A stretch of DNA of 64,000 nucleotides from an uncultured delta proteobacterium (GTDB taxonomy: Bacteria > Myxococcota_A > Polyangia > Polyangiales > Houyiibacteriaceae). The stretch is from positions 704,001-768,000 of the forward strand of contig CAVOVB010000002.1 of NCBI GenBank assembly GCA_963699755.1. The letters run 5' to 3'. The notes beneath the pieces were generated by a model that worked only from the letters and a program-made list of their open reading frames with translations, was not told the origin of the DNA and ran no database searches. A program made the position numbers and the translations under genes. Below are positions 60,951 through 64,000 of this stretch, piece by piece; position 1 is the first letter of the stretch; each line of letters begins with the position of its first letter.

Positions 60951-62045
60951 ATGAAAATCGGCCTCGTCACGACGGGCTTCCCACGCTTCGAGGGTGACTG
61001 CAGCGGCGCGTTTCTCTTGACGCTGGCGCGGGGAATCGTCGAGCAAGGTCACACTGTTCGCGTCATGGCCCCGGAGCCACCGGGCCCCCGCGCAGCGCCT
61101 CGCTGGCCGGGGATCGAGGTGCGTTGGGTTCCCTATCTGCGGCCCCGCGCCCTGCAGCGGTCTTTCTATGGGAGCGGCGCACCGGACAACTTGCGCCAAA
61201 GGCCGGTGCGCTGGCTCGGCGCGATTAGCTTCACGGCTGCGCTCTTCCGCGCATCGAGGCGAGAGCTCGCCGACTGTGATGCCTTGCTGAGCTCCTGGTG
61301 TATTCCAAGCGGCTGGGTGGCCTCGAAAACCGCCGGATGTCGCCCACATCTTTGCATCTGCCATGCGACCGACCTCCGCTGGCTCTCGAACATGCCCGGA
61401 GCCCGAGGCGTCGCAGTCGGGATTGCCAAAGGGGCCACCTCGATGTGGTTCTTGAGCGAGGGGCTTCGAGATCGATTCTTCGAAACCGCCGGCGTCGAGC
61501 CGTCCCTGGCATGCAGCCACGTCGGGCCCATGCCGATCGAGCGGCCCCAGGAGCTCGCCCAGGGCCGGCAGGAGCTCCGCGGCCGCCTCGGGATCGATGG
61601 CTTCACATTGCTCTTCTTGGGGCGCCTGGTGCCCGTCAAGGGCGTCGCGCGGCTTCTCCACGCCATCGCCGCTTTCCCCGAGCCGATCAGCCTCAGGATC
61701 GCCGGCGACGGCCCCGAGCGCGAAGGGTTACGCGCCCTGGCGCAACGACTTCACGTTGACGCGTGCTTCGAGGGCTGGGTGGGCGGGGCGCGAAAAGAAG
61801 CACTCCTTCGAGCCTGCGACGCGATCGTCGTTCCGTCGGAGCCTCAGGACGGGCTGCCCACGGTGCTCTTCGAGGCCAGGGCGCGTGCTCTTCCGATCAT
61901 CGCGACCGAGATAGACGCAATCGCCGAACGCGTCGGGCGTCACCCAGACGTGACGCTCGTCCCGGCAAACGATCTCGCGGCCCTCCGGGGCGCGATTCTC
62001 GCGCTTCACCGCCGCGGCGCCGCCGAGGCTTCGCTCAGGGGTTGA
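60951..62045 (+). CDS. Glycosyltransferase family 4
   Basis: TTGFPR, FLGRLVPVKG, IAGDGPE, DGLPTVLFEA. Confidence 0.88.
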   Translation: MKIGLVTTGFPRFEGDCSGAFLLTLARGIVEQGHTVRVMAPEPPGPRAAPRWPGIEVRWVPYLRPRALQRSFYGSGAPDNLRQRPVRWLGAISFTAALFRASRRELADCDALLSSWCIPSGWVASKTAGCRPHLCICHATDLRWLSNMPGARGVAVGIAKGATSMWFLSEGLRDRFFETAGVEPSLACSHVGPMPIERPQELAQGRQELRGRLGIDGFTLLFLGRLVPVKGVARLLHAIAAFPEPISLRIAGDGPEREGLRALAQRLHVDACFEGWVGGARKEALLRACDAIVVPSEPQDGLPTVLFEARARALPIIATEIDAIAERVGRHPDVTLVPANDLAALRGAILALHRRGAAEASLRG

Positions 62046-62748
62046 CCTTCAGCGTACCCTTTGGAGCTCGAAAGCTGAAGCGCTTGTCGGGGACGTCGCG
62101 GTTGAACTTGATCTTCGAGAAGTCGAAGCGGTTGCGGTTCCCCGCCGAATCGATGATCAGGACTCGCTGCACGATGCCAGCGCGCTTGCCGTCGGTCGTT
62201 AGCGTCCGCACGTAGAAAACCAACTGCTCGTAGTTTGGCGTAGCCTGGCGGGGAATGAGCTGAAGCACATAGCCGCCCTTGAACTTCTCGTCGTCGTGCT
62301 CGAGAAGGCGAACCTCGAAGTCGTGTTCGAGGTTGCCAGTGCCGATGAGAAACGAGAATGCCGACGGGAGCTGATCCTCGCCGAGCGCACGCTCGATGAG
62401 CTGACCGCTTTTTTCGCCTTCCTCGGGCGGCTGATAGATCAACAGTCTCTTGCCGTTACTCACGAAGACCTGTCCGTTGGGCTGCGCATAGTCCCAACGC
62501 ATCATCCCGGGCTTCTTGAATACGACTTTCCCGCTCGTGCGATCGTAGCGGTCGTAGAGACGAGTATAGCGAGTCTGCTCGAAGTCCGCCTGCAAGGTCT
62601 TGGTCTGGTCGTAGAACGATTGCACCAAGCCGATGACCACTGCCGGGTCGAGCGGTTTGGCTGATTCGGCCTCCTGGGCGGCCGCGCCCCCCGGCCGCGA
62701 AACCACCACGAAACACAAAACCAAGGCCCCAACAAGTCTCGTGATCAT
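62035..62748 (-). CDS. lolA: Outer-membrane lipoprotein carrier protein
   Basis: Signal peptide, ADFEQ, GKVVFKKPGMMRWDY, F.F..PKG. Confidence 0.88.
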   Translation of the reverse strand: MITRLVGALVLCFVVVSRPGGAAAQEAESAKPLDPAVVIGLVQSFYDQTKTLQADFEQTRYTRLYDRYDRTSGKVVFKKPGMMRWDYAQPNGQVFVSNGKRLLIYQPPEEGEKSGQLIERALGEDQLPSAFSFLIGTGNLEHDFEVRLLEHDDEKFKGGYVLQLIPRQATPNYEQLVFYVRTLTTDGKRAGIVQRVLIIDSAGNRNRFDFSKIKFNRDVPDKRFSFRAPKGTLKVNP

Positions 62749-62962
62749 GAAAACCTAAAACGCCCCCAGCGGGGATAGTATTCACCCTGAACCCGGACAC
62801 ACAAGGCAAGGAGAAATCCCCAAGACTGGGATTGATCATTGCGGACAACGACCGTAGGATAGGGAGGGTAGGCGTTGGTGCGTTTCGGTTTGATCTTGAC
62901 TGAATCTCACCCGTCTTGTCGCTTTCTTGGCTTGAGAAACCACTGAGCACCTCGGAGGTGAC

Positions 62963-63157
62963 ATGTCCAAGAATCACGCTCGAACGATCCCGCCGGAACG
63001 GCAAAGGTCACACCTCGAAAAGAAGCATGCCGAGCTCTCGGAACGCGTGGCAGCGCTGGATAGCCGCATGAGTCTCACTCCGAGCGAGGAGCTCGAGCTC
63101 CATCAGTTGAAGAAAGAAAAGCTTTGGGCAAAGGACGCCCTGCGCGACGTTGACTAG
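62963..63157 (+). CDS. DUF465/YdcH-family small protein
   Basis: LEKKHAEL...LTPSEELELHQLKKEKLWAKD; GGAGG RBS. Confidence 0.85.
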   Translation: MSKNHARTIPPERQRSHLEKKHAELSERVAALDSRMSLTPSEELELHQLKKEKLWAKDALRDVD

Positions 63158-63221
63158 TAGCCAGCGCCCTGCGCCGAAGTCCTAGCATCGCTCCTAATCA
63201 CCCCGCTTCGATAAACCGCGT

Positions 63222-63267
63222 GAACGGCCTGTCCCACCCGCTTTCTCCTGGGGCGGGCCGTTCTTTT
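63222..63267 (+). terminator. Intrinsic terminator for the DUF465 gene
   Basis: 15-bp stem GAACGGCCTGTCCCA/TGGGGCGGGCCGTTC (two G-U pairs valid on +) followed by TTTT. Confidence 0.75.
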
Positions 63268-63305
63268 GCGTTGGGGGCCTCCCCTGAGAGCCGTTGGGGC
63301 ATTAA

Positions 63306-63337
63306 GACAAAATGGGCCACCGATCGGTGACCCATTT
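63306..63337 (-). terminator. Intrinsic terminator of the candidate sRNA
   Basis: AAATGGGTCACC-GATC-GGTGGCCCATTTT on the minus strand. The U-G pair is valid only on minus. Confidence 0.7.
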
Positions 63338-63483
63338 CAAACGAAAGAATCGATGCTACAGTCAATAAGCTAGGGCAAGTAAGCTAAGCTGGATTATCCA
63401 ATCCTTTGGAGTTAAGAACGACCCATCGCCACGCGGATGCCGGGCAAGCTGGAAGTGCGCGGCGAGGGGTCTTAAGGAAGCGA
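63306..63483 (-). ncRNA. Candidate sigma54-dependent small RNA (~180 nt)
   Basis: Upstream -24/-12 promoter, long 5' hairpin (63412-63475), small GGAU-loop hairpin, terminator at 63310-63337, no credible ORF. Confidence 0.55.
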
Positions 63484-63493
63484 TTGGTTCCGT

Positions 63494-63510
63494 TGCAATC
63501 GCGATGCCAA
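63494..63510 (-). promoter_or_regulatory. Sigma54 (RpoN) -24/-12 promoter
   Basis: TTGGCATCGCGATTGCA: GG-N10-GC with TGGCA and TTGC intact. Confidence 0.7.
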
Positions 63511-63714
63511 CTCCAACGGCATTCAGAAACCAAGGGTTTTTGGATTGGAAACGCTTTGAGTGGGACATTTCTGTCATAGACACGCAGCCGATTGTCGCGG
63601 TTGGCACAATCAAGACTGGCGCGCGTCCGATAAGCGCACATTGTCCTACCGCGCAGGTTGAAGTGAGCGTGCCCTCCCGCGTATGATCTGAAGAACCGGT
63701 TAGGCCGGACTCAA

Positions 63715-64000
63715 ATGCCCAAGTGCCATAGCTGCGACGGAAAAGTGCTGAGGACGGACGCGTTCTGCGGCGCATGTGGCGAGCCGGTCCCCGGCGCAAA
63801 GCCCGTGGTGCCGATCTCTCGCGAGTTCAAGCTGAGCGACATGGGCAGCCCGCCAGAACGCTTGCGTGGCACGTTTCGCCCGGCGTCGGGGAGCTCGACT
63901 TCGGCGCGGGCCATGGCCATCGTCGCGGTCTCGGAGCCCGAAGTCGCCGAACCCGCAGACACCGCCCTCACCCGCACCTCGATTCGTGAGCGCGAGCCAC
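63715..64000 (+). CDS. Zinc-ribbon N-terminal domain protein (partial, runs off the window)
   Basis: Manual translation gives MPKCHSCDGKVLRTDAFCGACGEPV... (CxxC-x10-CxxC), open to the window end. Confidence 0.75.
   Translation, partial: MPKCHSCDGKVLRTDAFCGACGEPVPGAKPVVPISREFKLSDMGSPPERLRGTFRPASGSSTSARAMAIVAVSEPEVAEPADTALTRTSIREREP

Noticed and set aside
63600..63620. TTGGCAC on the plus strand as a sigma54 promoter for the zinc-ribbon gene
   Set aside because: No GC at the -12 position (GG-N10-AC).
63362..63989. Listed ORFs 63362-63799, 63384-63641, 63504-63686, 63711-63977 and 63774-63989
   Set aside because: No motifs and atypical composition. The region is better explained by the sRNA unit and the plus-strand zinc-ribbon gene starting at 63715.

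Overview
GC-rich bacterial chromosome segment, probably from a myxobacterium (Myxococcota/Polyangia-like). That placement is inferred from gene content: a PEGA Ser/Thr kinase, CdnL/CarD and a Myxococcus-type LexA box. The window is mostly densely packed housekeeping and metabolic genes: two beta-oxidation modules, orn, cysDN(C), rsgA, proS, trxB, feoAB, tpx, tkt, pntAB, prs-rplY-pth-rpsF-rpsR-rplI-dnaB, hisIE, carD, cinA-recA, an M16 peptidase pair, glmS and lolA. I saw no rRNA, tRNA, CRISPR array or intact transposase. The main signals worth following up are: (1) a candidate sigma54-driven, structured, intrinsically terminated ~180-nt sRNA at ~63306-63483 (-); (2) a eukaryote-type SLC4 (band 3/BOR-like) anion transporter fused to an EIIA-like domain that lacks the phospho-His; (3) a KstR-type palindromic operator before the thiolase/fadB operon; (4) a 185-bp element bounded by perfect 26-bp inverted repeats beside a decayed SDR gene; (5) CysN fused to a degenerate APS-kinase domain; (6) a terminator-like hairpin inside the carD leader; (7) an unlisted 49-aa membrane ORF after feoB; (8) two pseudo-receiver DNA-binding proteins flanking a Nudix hydrolase. 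All calls come from motif reading by eye; no database search was run.
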